From: an uncultured Chloroflexia bacterium
Lineage (GTDB): Bacteria > Chloroflexota > Anaerolineae > JAAYZQ01
Direction: 5' to 3'
Length of the DNA stretch: 64,000 nucleotides
NCBI GenBank assembly: GCA_963700285.1
Contig: CAVOXA010000001.1
Span: forward strand, 1,280,001 to 1,344,000
Shown: positions 52,824 to 64,000 of the stretch, piece by piece
Layout of the letters: each line of letters opens with the position of its first letter
Position numbering within the stretch: the first letter of the stretch is position 1
Position numbers and translations under genes: made by a program
The notes under the pieces: model-generated
What the model was told of the DNA's origin: nothing
The model's input: only the letters and a program-made list of their open reading frames with translations
The model's database searches: none

Positions 52824-55800
52824 GAAGACTCTCTCTCCTGGAGCATTTTCCGGACCTCTTCGGCTGGCATGCTCTCGAGGTTCCTGAGTATCTGGGCCAT
52901 CTTCTCGGTCTGGCCAAGTGTGGGCTCATGAGCGATGATAGCCTGCGCAAGCCCGGCAACGGTGGGCGCTTCAAAGATGGCTCGCAGAGGAACCTCTATC
53001 GGCAATGCCTGCCGTGCGCGGGAGATGACCTGTGTAGCCAGCAGCGAGTGCCCTCCGAGCTCGAAGAAGTTGTCATGAACGCCAACCTTTTCGACGCCCA
53101 AGACCCGTACCCAGATCCCAGCCAGTACTTCTTCGACCGGTGTACGGGGGGCAACGAACAGTTCCTCCAGCTCTCGCTTGAACCAGTCCGGGGCAGGAAG
53201 CGTACTGCGCGCTACTTTGCCACTGGGCGTCAGCGGCAAAGACTCGAGCATCACATAGGCTGCAGGCAGCATATACTCGGGTAGCCTTTCCTGGAGAAAG
53301 CTACGCAGGTCGGCAGGGACAAGGACCTGGTCTTCATCTGGGACCAGGTAGGCTACCAGCCGCTGGTCCCCCTGCATCCCCTCCCTGACCACGACCACTA
53401 CCTCTTGTACGCCTGGGTGTCGCCCTAACAACGTCTCGATCTCCCCCAGCTCAACCCGGAAGCCGCGGATCTTGACCTGGTAGTCACTGCGACCCAGGAA
53501 CTCGATGTTGCCATCGGGTAGGTAGCGGGCCAGGTCTCCGGTTTTGTACAGACGCAAGCCCGGCACGTCAGCGAAGGGGCTGGGAACGAACTTGTCAGCG
53601 GTCAAGTCCGGACGATTGAGGTAGCCCCGGGCCAGGCTGTCACCGCCAATGTAGAGGTTGCCGGTAACGCCAACCGGCACAGGTTGCTAGGTTGTTGTCC
53701 AGCAGGTAGATCTGGGTGTTGGCGATGGGCTGGCCAATGGAGGGGAGCGCGGGCCAGCCGGCCGGCGAATCCTCCAAGGTGAAGCCGGTCACCACGTGGG
53801 TCTCTGTGGGACCATACTGGTTGTGGAGTGTGCAGCCCTCCAGTCCGGCAAGAGCTCCACGATTGGTGGCGTGATCTGCAACTGCTCGGCCGTCGTCACA
53901 ATCTCGCCAAGACTGCTGGGCACCGTTCGCTGGCTGGCCGCTACCTCGGCCAACTGCTGCAGGGCAATGACCGGCAGGTTCATTCTCTGCACCGACTGCT
54001 CTGGAGATGAACTCCAAGAGGCCTGCTGCGTCCCGTCGCAGATTGCTCTGTCATCAGGACCAAAGTTCCCCCCGAAGCCCAACTCCAGAACATATCCACA
54101 AAGGAGGCATCGAAACTCAGAGGCGAGAACTGCAACATCCTGGTCCGTACCTGACAGCCTCGAATTCTGGACCTGCCATCGGATCAGATTGTAGAGAGGC
54201 CGGTGGTGCATGGCCACCCCTTTGGGCACCCCGGTAGAGCCTGAGGTGTAGAGCACGTAGGCCAGATTCTCACGCTGAGACCCCGCTGATCGGGGTTCTC
54301 TTCGCTTTCCTGGGCGATGGCTTGCCAATCTGTGTCCAGGCGAATGACCTTTGCTCGGTGCTCAGGCAGCGCGTGTAGCAGTCGCTCTTGAGTCAACAGC
54401 ACCGGTACCCGGGAATCCTGCAACATGAATGCCAGCCGCTGCTGTGGAAGGGACAGATCCAGCGGCACATATGCCCCACCAGCCTTCAGAATGCCCAGCA
54501 CGCCGACTACCATATCTAGCGAACGCTCTACACAGATTCCCACCAGTGTCTCGGGCCCAACGTCGTGCTTGTGCAGATAATGCGCTAGCTGGTTGGCCCG
54601 GGCGTTGAGATCGCCATACGTCAATGATTGGCCCTCGAACAGCGCCGCCAGGGCGCCAGGGGTTCGCTCCATCTGATTCTCGAAGAGATGGTGGACACAT
54701 GGTACCTCAGAGTACCCTGCCTGCGTGCTGTTCCACTCTACAAGTAGCTGACGGCACTCGGCTCCAGTTAGGAGTGGCAACACTGAGATGGGCAGATCTG
54801 GGTCGTCTACAATCCCTTCCAGTAAGGTCTGGAGATGCCCGAGCATTCGCCTCACCGTGGCTGATTCAAACAGGTCGGTATTGTATTCTAGGGTGGCCCC
54901 GAGCTCTCCTTTCTCCTCCCTTGCGAACAGGGTCAGTTCGAACTTGGCAGTTCCACTGTCGACCTCCAGAGGCTCCAATGATAGCCCGCAGAAGTCCATG
55001 GCCTGCCCCTCGGCGGGCTCCAGGAGGAGGAACATCACTTGAAATAGTGGGGAGTGACTGAGATTCCGTTCGGGGACCAATTCCGCAACCAACCTCTCGA
55101 AGGGCAGATCCTGGTGCGCATAGCTCTCCAAGGCTACCTGCCGCACTCGGCCCAATGCCTCCCGGAAGGTGGGATTGCCCGACATGTCCGTGCGCAGTAC
55201 TAGCGTGTTCACAAAGAAGCCAATCAGCTCTTCCACCTCATTCCGATTTCGGTTGGCGACGGGAGAGCCCACCACGATGTCTTCCGCACCGGTGTAGCGA
55301 AACAACAAGACCTTGAACGCTGCCAACAAAGTCATGAACAGCGTTGCATCCTCGTGGCGGCTCAGGGCTTTGAGCCTCCGTAGCTGAGGAGCTGAAAGCA
55401 GCCGCCGGGATTCGTACGCACCTCTATGGGTCTGTCTTGCCGGTCGAGGGTGATCGGTTGGCATACCTATTGAAGCCGGAGTGCCAGCCAGTTTCTCCTT
55501 CCAATAGGAAAGCTGGTCCTCCAGGGTTTTTCCCGCCAGCCACTCTCGCTGCCATACCGCATAGTCGGCGTACTGGACTGGGAGTACTCCAAGCCGGGAC
55601 GGGGTACCGGTTCTGTACGCCTCATAGAACGAGGACAGTTCGTGGAGCATGACCCCCGTTGACCATTCGTCGCTGACAATATGGTGCATGTTCAGCAGCA
55701 GGAGGTGCTCCGTACTGCTCATTCGTATCAACCTGCCTCGGACGAGCGGGCCGGTGGCCAAGTTAAAGGGCTGCTTCGCCTCCTCGCGCAATAGCCGCCA

Positions 55801-56292
55801 TCCCTCTGCCTCCCGCTCTGTCTCTGGCAAAACCCCTAGATCCACCACTGGCAGGGCTAGGGGCATGGCAGGGGCTATGACTTGGTATGGAATTCCCTCG
55901 ACGGCAGAAAAGGTCGTGCGCAGGACCTCGTGGCGTTCGATGATCGCATTGAGACTCTGTTCCAGCACGAGCGCATCAAGCGCACCGGTCACGCGAAAGG
56001 CCGAGGGGACGTTGTAAAGAGGACTGTCTGGCTCGAACTGGTCCAGGAACCACAAACGCGCTTGCGCGAAAGACAACGGCAAGTTCCCTTGTCGAAAGGT
56101 GGGAAGCAGTGGCGCCTGGCTGGCCTCGACGTCGCGCAAGAATGCCAGGATCTCGATCTTGCGCTCGGCTAGCTCTTTTCGCAGGGCAGGCGTCAGTGCA
56201 CCCCGCGGCGCACGAAAGCCCAGTTGGTCACCTTCTGCCCACACCCTGATATTCTGGCTGCGAAGAAGCGTGAGGAACTCCAGGGCCGTCAT
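52820..56292 (-). CDS. NRPS unit 2: TubC_N docking-C-A-PCP (frameshifts at 53.7-54.3 kb)
   Basis: [32 protein letters not shown] (TubC_N-like), [51 protein letters not shown]. Confidence 0.9.
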
Positions 56293-59200
56293 AACCGTCC
56301 CTCCTCGAGTCCGCTGCCGGCATCACCGAGCGGGCCTGGCTGGCCTTGAGTCACCCACTGGATGGTCTCGATCGACTCAGCGAGGCTGGCAACCGTCGCT
56401 GTCTCAAAAAGGCTGCGGAGGGGCAATTCCACTTGAAAGGCCTCGCGTACACGAGATACTACCTGCGTGGCCAGCAAGGAGTGGCCCCCCAATTCGAAAA
56501 AGTCATCCTGCACGCCGATGGGTCTCAGGCCAAGAACCTCAGCCCAAATACCGGCCAGCCTTTCCTCGACAGGCGTACGCGGTGCGATGTAGGGCTCCTC
56601 CAACTCCGGGCGGCCCTGACCTGGCGCTGGCAGCCCCTGGCGGTCTATCTTGCCATTCGGTGTCAAAGGTAAGGCTCTGAGCCTCACAAATGACGAGGGA
56701 ATCATATAGTCAGGCAATTGCTGTGCCAGGAAACGGCGCAGTTGTGGCACCAGCTTGGCGGTCTGTGTTTCCTGCAATGGGGTGCTTGCAAAGCTGTGCC
56801 AGTCTTGCTCTTGAGCCTGCGAAGACTGGCAGCTTGGAAAGGCTACCCAGGGTGTCTTCATTGTCCCCTGCTGGCGCCTGCGGAACAATATGTCAAAGCA
56901 GCCTTCTGCCCCAGCGCCCGACCAGCCTATATCGACTTCATAGGGTAATTCGTTGCCCAGGCACCATAGAGACTCAGGGTCTATGCCTGTCTGGGGTAGC
57001 TCGGTCAGCCTGTCCCGCAGGGTACCTGCCTGATTGGGTGGGATCTCGCCGTGCAGCCAGGCCAGACTCTGTAGATCTGGCCCCAATCGTGCGTTGGGAA
57101 CGTGTCTAAGGCCGATCGCCTCTGGGTTCTTGTCCAAGAGCAATTGGTGCAGATCGGGCACAATCAAAGTGCTCTGATCCCAATCCAACCACTCCACCTC
57201 TACGCTGCGAGAAGCTTCGGCCTCAATGTGGAGCAGCACATCGTAGCGGAACTTGGTCTGTTCGTTTGCGTATCGGCCCCGCTGGTGCAAGATCTCGACG
57301 TGGCTGATTCGGGGCAGGCGCTGTGGGAGGGCGACGAAAAGGGCTGGGTCAAGCACCAACTGCTCCTCACGCTCCACCTGTCTCCTCACACGTTGCTGCA
57401 GCGTCTGTCGGGATACAGAAGGTGAGGCTCTATGCAGTTGCACCGAAGTGTGGAAGGTCTCCAGCAGTGGCAGGCTGCGTACGTCGCCTACAAAGACAAA
57501 GCCCCCGGGTGCGGTGGCCGCCACTGCATCGTCGAGGACACGCAAGAGGTAGCTCAGGCTGGGAAAGTACTGGACGACAGAACTCAGAAGGACAGCATCG
57601 AAGGCATGCGGCTCAATGCCCGTAAAGTCATCTGCTGGGCGATGGTCGAGAGTCAGATGAGGCAGGGACATCGCAATCCGGTCCACCTGTTCCTGTATAT
57701 AGTTCACAGCCACGGAGGAAAGGTCTGTTCCCCAGTAGTCGGTGCTTTCGGGGGCAAGCCTGAACAACAGCAGCCCTGTGCCGCAACCGATTTCAAGGAT
57801 CCGTTGGGGGCGTAGTGACTTTATTCGGGTCACTGTCTGTTCCACCCACTCGCGCACTTGTTCTGCAGGGACGGGCAGGCCGGTGTAGCTGCTGTTCCAT
57901 CCGCTGATATTGAAGGTGGGGTCTGCCTGAAGCGAGTCTTGCTCGTAGGCGTCATCGTACACGGTCTGCCAGTGGGATAGGTGGTCGGTCTGCGCAAACG
58001 GCTCCGGATCTGCCGAGTCCGCGGACTCGGCACGCTGAGTGAAATAGGCCGCCAACCGCTTGTCACCGTTGGTCTCCTCTCTGGCAATCACAACGGCCTC
58101 ACGCACCAACGGGTGCTGTGCCAGGGCGGCCTCGATTTCGCCCAGTTCGATGCGGAAGCCACGTATCTTGACCTGATGATCGGAACGGCCCAAGAATTCG
58201 ACATCGCCGTTGGGCCGCTGGCGAGCCAGGTCGCCAGTTTCGTAGAGCCGTGCCCCGCGCCGGCCGCTGAAGGGATCGGGAATGAACTTTTCCGCCGTGA
58301 GCCCGGGACGGTTGAGATAGCCCCACGACAGGCCATCCCCACCGATATAGAACTGGCCAGGTTCCCCGATAGGTACCGGCTGGAAGGAGGAGTCCAGAAT
58401 GTAGACCTGCGTGTTGGCAATGGGCTGCCCAATCGGCACGGGGCCTTCACCGGCGCGCACACGTTTCACGGTGGACCAGATTGTGGTTTCTGTGGGCCCG
58501 TACAGGTTCCACACCTCTGCGCTGCGCTGCAACAGTTGGTCGGCCAGGTTGCGGGGCAATGCTTCCCCTCCACAGAGGATCCTTAACTGGGAAGATCCCC
58601 CCCATCCTGATTCCAGCAACATGCGCCAGGTCGCGGGGGTTGCCTGCATCACGGTCGCTCCGGACGCGTCCAGCGTGTGCGCCAGCCGGCTGGGGTCAGT
58701 GCTCGTCTCTCGGCTGGCCAGTACCAGCCGGGCGCCCACGCTTAGGGGCAGGAATAGCTCCAGGGCCGCAATATCGAAGGACAGGGTAGTCACGGCCAGA
58801 AGCGTGTCCCCCTGAGCCAGGCCAGGTTTGCAGCGCATGGAATTCAAAAAGTTGACCACGGCACAGTGAGGAATCTGGACGCCTTTCGGCTGCCCCGTGG
58901 AACCAGAAGTATGGATCACGTAGGCCAAGCTCATGGGCGATGCCGCGCTCGGCAAGTTCTGGGTGCTTTGTCCAGAGACCATCTGCCAGTCTCCATCCAG
59001 GCACATTTTGTGGGCCTGATGCTTGGGCAGCGCAGAAAGGAGGCGCTGGTGAGTCAACAGTACTGGCACCTGGGCGTCCATCAGCATGAAAGCCAACCGT
59101 TCCCCAGGGAAAGCCGGATCCAGAGGTACATAGGCGCCACCCGCCTTGAGAACACCCAGCAGACCCACCATCATGTCTAGTGAGCGCTCCAGGCATACGC

Positions 59201-59552
59201 CTACCAAGACCTCTGGCCCTACGTCCAAAGTCCCAAGATAGTGAGCCAGTTGGTTGGCTCGTGCGTTCAGCTCGTGGTAGGTAAGTTGCTGGTCCTCAAA
59301 CACTACTGCCGTTGCACCCGGTGTCCGCTCCGCTTGGGCTTCGAAAAGTTGATGGATACACAGATCCCGTGGCCGGCCGGCCCTGCAAGCGTTCCGGTCC
59401 ACCGGTTGCAGAGATCCCTCTGCAAGGTGTCGTTTTCTCAAGGCCTGGAATCCTCCTGGCGTGCTATCTACCGTTCTCCGCCGACGCGGTCTGTAAGATG
59501 CCCGGCAAGAAAGCGCTGCCCTGGTGCGTGGTATCACCGGCTCCCGTCTCAT
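56289..59552 (-). CDS. NRPS unit 1: starter A(Gly)-N-methyltransferase-PCP
   Basis: SFDIAALE...MQAT...[12 protein letters not shown] (code DILQLGLIWK); [10 protein letters not shown] and SVVQYFPS inserted between A8 and A9; GGHSLL; ends EEGRL. The N-terminal start is uncertain. Confidence 0.92.
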   Translation of the reverse strand: MRREPVIPRTRAALSCRASYRPRRRRTVDSTPGGFQALRKRHLAEGSLQPVDRNACRAGRPRDLCIHQLFEAQAERTPGATAVVFEDQQLTYHELNARANQLAHYLGTLDVGPEVLVGVCLERSLDMMVGLLGVLKAGGAYVPLDPAFPGERLAFMLMDAQVPVLLTHQRLLSALPKHQAHKMCLDGDWQMVSGQSTQNLPSAASPMSLAYVIHTSGSTGQPKGVQIPHCAVVNFLNSMRCKPGLAQGDTLLAVTTLSFDIAALELFLPLSVGARLVLASRETSTDPSRLAHTLDASGATVMQATPATWRMLLESGWGGSSQLRILCGGEALPRNLADQLLQRSAEVWNLYGPTETTIWSTVKRVRAGEGPVPIGQPIANTQVYILDSSFQPVPIGEPGQFYIGGDGLSWGYLNRPGLTAEKFIPDPFSGRRGARLYETGDLARQRPNGDVEFLGRSDHQVKIRGFRIELGEIEAALAQHPLVREAVVIAREETNGDKRLAAYFTQRAESADSADPEPFAQTDHLSHWQTVYDDAYEQDSLQADPTFNISGWNSSYTGLPVPAEQVREWVEQTVTRIKSLRPQRILEIGCGTGLLLFRLAPESTDYWGTDLSSVAVNYIQEQVDRIAMSLPHLTLDHRPADDFTGIEPHAFDAVLLSSVVQYFPSLSYLLRVLDDAVAATAPGGFVFVGDVRSLPLLETFHTSVQLHRASPSVSRQTLQQRVRRQVEREEQLVLDPALFVALPQRLPRISHVEILHQRGRYANEQTKFRYDVLLHIEAEASRSVEVEWLDWDQSTLIVPDLHQLLLDKNPEAIGLRHVPNARLGPDLQSLAWLHGEIPPNQAGTLRDRLTELPQTGIDPESLWCLGNELPYEVDIGWSGAGAEGCFDILFRRRQQGTMKTPWVAFPSCQSSQAQEQDWHSFASTPLQETQTAKLVPQLRRFLAQQLPDYMIPSSFVRLRALPLTPNGKIDRQGLPAPGQGRPELEEPYIAPRTPVEERLAGIWAEVLGLRPIGVQDDFFELGGHSLLATQVVSRVREAFQVELPLRSLFETATVASLAESIETIQWVTQGQPGPLGDAGSGLEEGRL

Positions 59553-59729
59553 GTCAGTAGTCCTGCCACGGAGTGACCGCCGACTGCTGGCTCAGGTAGG
59601 ATAGCGATGGACTGTGCATCCCATTCCTGGCTGGTGCCAGCTCGCTGATATTCACCTGTGACAGGCTGAACTAGTCCATGGCCCGGATCTGTCTGCGCTC
59701 CTCTAGGCGATGGACGCATAAAGTCCCCT

Positions 59730-60779
59730 CTACGACGCAGCCATTGTACCCTCAAGACACGTATCCTTCAAGTATAGGCTCTTGCCGTGCCGCCCGGCCT
59801 CTACCAAGTGCTGGGCCAACGTAACCGCCCAAAGTCCGTCTTCCCCACTGACCGGGAAGGGCTCGTCACTCACGATAGAGCGGACAAAGGATTCCAGCTC
59901 AACCTGAAGCGGTTCGCGACGGGCAATGGGATAGCGGATCATCCGGCCTTCGGCAACCCCGCGGAATACCTGGAGGCTCTCCCAGTCGCCGTCCCGGTAG
60001 CTGTTCTCGTAGAAGTAGAGGTCCTGGGTGAGATAGTTGACCACAAACATGCCTCGTTGGCCGCTGACTGTCAGCTCGCGGATCTTGGTCGGACTCAGCC
60101 AGTTGACGTTTAGCAGGCCGATGACGCCACTGTCGAAACGCAACAAACCGCAGAGCATGTCTTCTTGCGGCCGATCCAATGCCCGGGTGATCTCGGCCGA
60201 GACGCGCGTCACCTCGGCGCCAGTTAGGTGTCGCATTACGTCCAGATCGTGGGTGGCCAGGTCCAGGACGACACCCACATCCCGGATACGGGGGGGAAAG
60301 CCACTGATGCGCTGGACGCTGATCTGAAACATCCGTCCCAACTCACCCAGGGCAAGATGTTCCTTCAGGGCCATGACTGCCGGGTTGAAGCGTTCCACGT
60401 GCCCGACGCCCAGAACCACACCCTGAGCCCGGGCCTGGGCGATCAGCTTGCTGGCATTGTCAGTACTCAACGCAAGCGGCTTTTCCACCAGGACGTGGAT
60501 ACCGTGCTCAATGAGAGCGCTGGCCACAGGGTAGTGCTCCTGTGTAGGTACGGCGACTATGGCAAAGTCCAGATCTTGGGCGTGCAGGAGCGTGCGACAA
60601 TCGGCATAACCCTGCGTTTGGTAGCGCGCTGCTGCTTGCGCGCGGATGGTTGGGTCTTGATCAACCACGCCGGCCAGGCTCACACCATCTGTTTCGGCGC
60701 AGAGGCGTGCATGGTGCCTGCCCATCGCGCCCACGCCGATGACAGCTGCCCGCAATGGTCCTGTTCTGGTGTCTCTCAT
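59730..60779 (-). CDS. Gfo/Idh/MocA oxidoreductase (WbpB-like NDP-sugar 3-dehydrogenase)
   Basis: GVGAMGRHH, VEKP, GHVERFNPA, DVGVVLDLATHDLD; adjacent to a WbpD-like gene. Confidence 0.85.
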   Translation of the reverse strand: MRDTRTGPLRAAVIGVGAMGRHHARLCAETDGVSLAGVVDQDPTIRAQAAARYQTQGYADCRTLLHAQDLDFAIVAVPTQEHYPVASALIEHGIHVLVEKPLALSTDNASKLIAQARAQGVVLGVGHVERFNPAVMALKEHLALGELGRMFQISVQRISGFPPRIRDVGVVLDLATHDLDVMRHLTGAEVTRVSAEITRALDRPQEDMLCGLLRFDSGVIGLLNVNWLSPTKIRELTVSGQRGMFVVNYLTQDLYFYENSYRDGDWESLQVFRGVAEGRMIRYPIARREPLQVELESFVRSIVSDEPFPVSGEDGLWAVTLAQHLVEAGRHGKSLYLKDTCLEGTMAAS

Positions 60780-60816
60780 GGGTTCCCATGCCTCCCTTGA
60801 CGAGGTCCTGTCCCGT

Positions 60817-61461
60817 TCAGATGGGGTGGAGATCGCGCTCTCCGGTAGGTCGCTGCTCGGGTCCGGAAAGGTCCGGCGCAGGGTCTCTGGCAAAATCGTA
60901 CCGCTGCTGACAGATGGAACACCATAGGCCTCTATCCGTTGCGGGTTCTAGCCGCCGGCCACAGCGACAAACATAGCCGGCGAGACGTGCCGGCTGGCCG
61001 ACCACCAGGGCATGGTCTGGCACGTCGTGCGTGACGACTGCGCCCGCACCTACCATCGCAAAACGCCCAATGCTCACTCCTGGCAGCAGGATGGCCCCGG
61101 CCCCAACCGAGGCGCCATAGCGTACGGTGATGGGCCCAACCTGCCAGTCATCGTCGCCCTTGAGCAGGCCATCCGGCGTGATCGCCCGTGGGAGCCTGTC
61201 GTTGGTCAGGCAGGCACGGGGTCCGATGAACACACCGTCCTCGAGTGTGGCCCCATGATAGATCAGCGCATAATTCTGGATCTTGACCTTGTTTCCTATC
61301 TTCACGTCAAAGTCGATGTAGGCGCCCTTGCCGACGATACAGTCGCGGCCCAAGCATGCGCCCTCCCGCACCTGGGCCTGGTGCCAGATGCGCGTGCCAG
61401 CGCCAAGCTCAGCCTGCGGCGAGACCTCGGCTGTGGGATGGATGCGAATGTCCGGAATCAT
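60817..61461 (-). CDS. Hexapeptide-repeat N-acyltransferase (WbpD-like) with C-terminal Cys cluster
   Basis: IHPTAEV, TRIWH, IGNKVKIQN, EDGVFIGP, TND..PR, GASVGAGA, VGQPAR..GYVCRCG...CSIC. Confidence 0.87.
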   Translation of the reverse strand: MIPDIRIHPTAEVSPQAELGAGTRIWHQAQVREGACLGRDCIVGKGAYIDFDVKIGNKVKIQNYALIYHGATLEDGVFIGPRACLTNDRLPRAITPDGLLKGDDDWQVGPITVRYGASVGAGAILLPGVSIGRFAMVGAGAVVTHDVPDHALVVGQPARLAGYVCRCGRRLEPATDRGLWCSICQQRYDFARDPAPDLSGPEQRPTGERDLHPI

Positions 61462-61604
61462 GCCGTTTCCCTTTCTTCTGCTGCTTGATGCCGTAGAGAG
61501 GATCGGAAGCATTGACCTGGGCGCCGAATGATTCCGTAGACCCGCGCCAAAAAGACCCCTCATGGAGGCCAACCGGCCAGTCCCTGGGGCAACCTAGCCT
61601 CTTC

Positions 61605-61638
61605 TATAATACCTTTGGAACCCCCAAAAGGATACGGC
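61605..61638 (-). promoter_or_regulatory. Bipartite motif, copy 2 (GCCGTATCCTTT-N13-GGTATTATA)
   Basis: About 145 bp upstream of the wbpD-like start; matches 3983-4016. Confidence 0.5.
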
Positions 61639-61802
61639 CGGGATTGGATCTCGTTGACAAAGAGAGGAGGGCTTTCTCCAGGGCTTCTCTCCGATACCCG
61701 ATCCCGCAGCGCAAGAGGCCAGCCCGTACTCAGGGCTGGCCTCTTGCGGCGTTCCGAGGTCTTTAATCAGAGGTCAAGGCTGGATCATCTAGATAGACCG
61801 GG

Positions 61803-64000
61803 CTAGCGCGTACTCTGGATCGAGGGCAGATAGGCTGGATAGCGGATGACGCCCAGATCGATCTGGTGTGGCGTCGGTTCATTGGCCCATTGGAGGTCGA
61901 CGGACCCAGAGACAGGGGCCCCATTCACCCTGATGGTCAGCGGATCCCCTGCCTGGAAGCCGGGGCCTGGCATGTCTTTGGCGTCCTGGCCGTAGACGTG
62001 CATGTAGCCATAGTGCCCGGCGTGGCGGACGATGGAGCAGCCGGCCACGCTGCCCGAGGCATTGAGAACCTCGACGACCGTCCCTGCGGGCGCAGGGCTG
62101 GTGCCGATGGCGATCTCGCCATAGACCACGGCAAAGGTTGGCGTGGGAGACACGGTGCTGCAAGCGTCGCTGCTCGTCTGGTCGGGAATGGTCTGGCTTG
62201 CAGTTGCTCCCGCCGGGTAGATCAGGTCCACTGCCTCTGTGGCGCGGATAAGGTAGCCCTGCCCAGGCTCCATCTGCGTCAGCGTACTGTACAAGGGCTC
62301 TGCCGGATTGTAGGTTTTGTCGATGCTGTGGACCATCAAGTACTTGCCCTCGATGCTCTGCAGGGCCGTAGCGATGGGCAGGGGAGTCCCAGGCAAGTAG
62401 CCGGCCCAGTTCCAGTATTCGTGGAGCGGTAGCGGTGTGCTGGCTGCGACGGGAGCCCCCTCCACCCATAGATCGGCGCTGCTGCTTCCGCCCACGTGCA
62501 GGTAGTATGCCTGGCCTGCATGGAGTTCCTTCAGAGTATGGTACACCGGATCCAACTGGCAATCATAGACACCGCCTTCACCCACGACGCGGCAGGTTTG
62601 GCCTTCGATGGTACGCAGCGCTCCGTCGACCGCCGGGATCAGCGGTTCCAGCGGCCAGGAGGTCAGGTTCCAGCCAGGAGAGAGGCCGATCTGCACGACA
62701 GTCGATGACCCGGCCAGCCAATCCAGTGCCCGCTGCATGACCGCAGTTCTGTCCGCGGCGCTGTCAATTCCCTCAAAGCCAAAAGGCAGGTAGACGATTT
62801 TGTAGGCTCCGGTGTTGATGCGCAGGCCAGCAGTACCAGCGGGTGCCCCGTCATCGTAGGTGAAGGCAGGCCACGCCGGCCCAATGGGATCAACCTCGTC
62901 GGTGGACGACTGGTTGCCGGCCCCACTGCCCCCATCGATATCCAAGGCAAGCCCATCGCCGATGGGGTCGCCGGCGACCCCCAGCAGGTTCTGAATACCG
63001 GTGGAGTTCTGGACGTATGCGGCGTGGAGATATTCGTTGAGGAAGGCAGAGCCACGGGTCATGTAGGCTACGTCCTGACCGGAGATGAACAGCTTGCCAC
63101 CGCCGTCCAGGTAGGCCTGGAGGCTTGAGCGGACACCTCCGTCTTCAAGATAGCCGCTCGACCCCGGAACGGACCACATCACCAGGCCGTCCGTGTACTG
63201 GTTCAGGATGGAGCCGCCCGGCGCGCCCCGTATTCCGGTGTCCCACAGGTCGTAGGCTTGCCCCAGAGCGTCCAGGGCAGCAGTGTAGTAGGATACGTAG
63301 GGGTTGGAGCTGCCGGGATTGTCGTCAGCCACGAGCAGCGTGTCTGAGGTCTTGACAAATCCGCCGGACTCGTATTCGTACCGGCCGATGTCAAAGGCGG
63401 CGCCCTGGTATGACTGATCCAGGCCAAAATGAGACAAGAGGGCGGTCAAGGAGGCCGGTAGACCAGATGTTCCCCTGTCGATGGCGTTTGTACTCTGGGC
63501 GGTCAGGCGAAAATCGGGCCAGGAACCATCAAAGAGGTTGTGGTCACTCACGTTATATGCCTGAAAGTGAGGATCGCCCGCTACACCGTGGTCTTCCCAG
63601 GGGGTGCTGGCCTGGATCTCGGCCAGAGTCTCATGGTACTTGGTTGGAATCATTGTCCAGGTAGATGGCGCATTGCTACCTGGCGCATAGCAGGCCACCA
63701 CTCCTCATAGGGCCGCCATCCGTTGTTGAAGTATAGGTTGTGGTCAAAGGACAGGTTGCCATAGACCCCATCATTGTCGGTCATGAGGATGCCGTAGCCT
63801 TCGTTGTTCACCACAATGTTGTTGGACAACTGGGTGTTCATGCTGCCACCGTGTGTGTCGTAATCCGGACCATCTAGCCGGAAACCGAAGAGGGAATTCG
63901 CTGCGATGTTGTTGTAATAGACGATATCGCCGTCCCGCCAGACGCCGGCGAACGCATAGCCTGTATAGGCGTTGTTGTAGGCAATGTTGCGGTAGGCATG
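61803..64000 (-). CDS. Large secreted protein (5' end outside window): parallel beta-helix region, LLVADD domain and YLPSI tail; frameshifted near 63650-63700
   Basis: Asn-rich YRNIAYNN...YYNNIAANS...SNNIVVNN...DHNLY, DFRL...AID.G, FDIGRYEY, GWNLTSWP, C-terminal YPAYLPSIQSTR. Confidence 0.75.

Noticed and set aside
59549-59755. Small ORF as MbtH-like protein or RiPP precursor
   Set aside because: It lacks the MbtH Trp motifs (SxWP, PxGW) and any leader/core pattern.
1-64000. tRNA or rRNA genes
   Set aside because: No cloverleaf/T-loop or rRNA signature was recognised by eye; tRNAscan-SE and barrnap would be decisive.

Overview
GC-rich bacterial DNA, most consistent with Chloroflexota (Anaerolineae-like). 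This rests on secreted proteins carrying the [YFL]LPx[IL] tail, a nurA-HAS-barrel-herA operon and sigma70-type promoters. 1-23.5 kb is mostly housekeeping: surface proteins, hydantoinase/oxoprolinase A and B, guaA, xpt, nurA/herA, FAH hydrolase, cdaA, TlpA, CcmC-like, nnr, trmO, an MFS transporter, an aldo/keto reductase and DUF302, interspersed with REP-like hairpin repeats. 23.6-24.6 kb looks like a prophage scar (portal-like C-terminus plus a head-morphogenesis Cys/His motif). 24.9-37.7 kb holds an SBBP/InlB-repeat surface protein, an ANKH/MATE-like transporter, uvrB, ltaE, a second MFS, an amidohydrolase and a GNAT. Most of these are broken by dense indels that look like consensus errors. 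The main object is a ~24 kb minus-strand cluster (37.8-61.5 kb) in which wbpD-like and wbpB-like amino-sugar genes precede six mono-modular NRPS units arranged as two TE-terminated lines. Both TEs have Cys in place of the catalytic Ser. The cluster includes a Gly/N-methyltransferase starter, a Lys2-like (DPRH) A domain and an A domain lacking Asp235. An intact ISH3-like IS with TIRs and a 5-bp target duplication splits the last TE. A fixed-spacing bipartite motif occurs upstream of both this cluster and a surface-protein locus 57.6 kb away. All family assignments and A-domain codes were read by eye; no database search was run.
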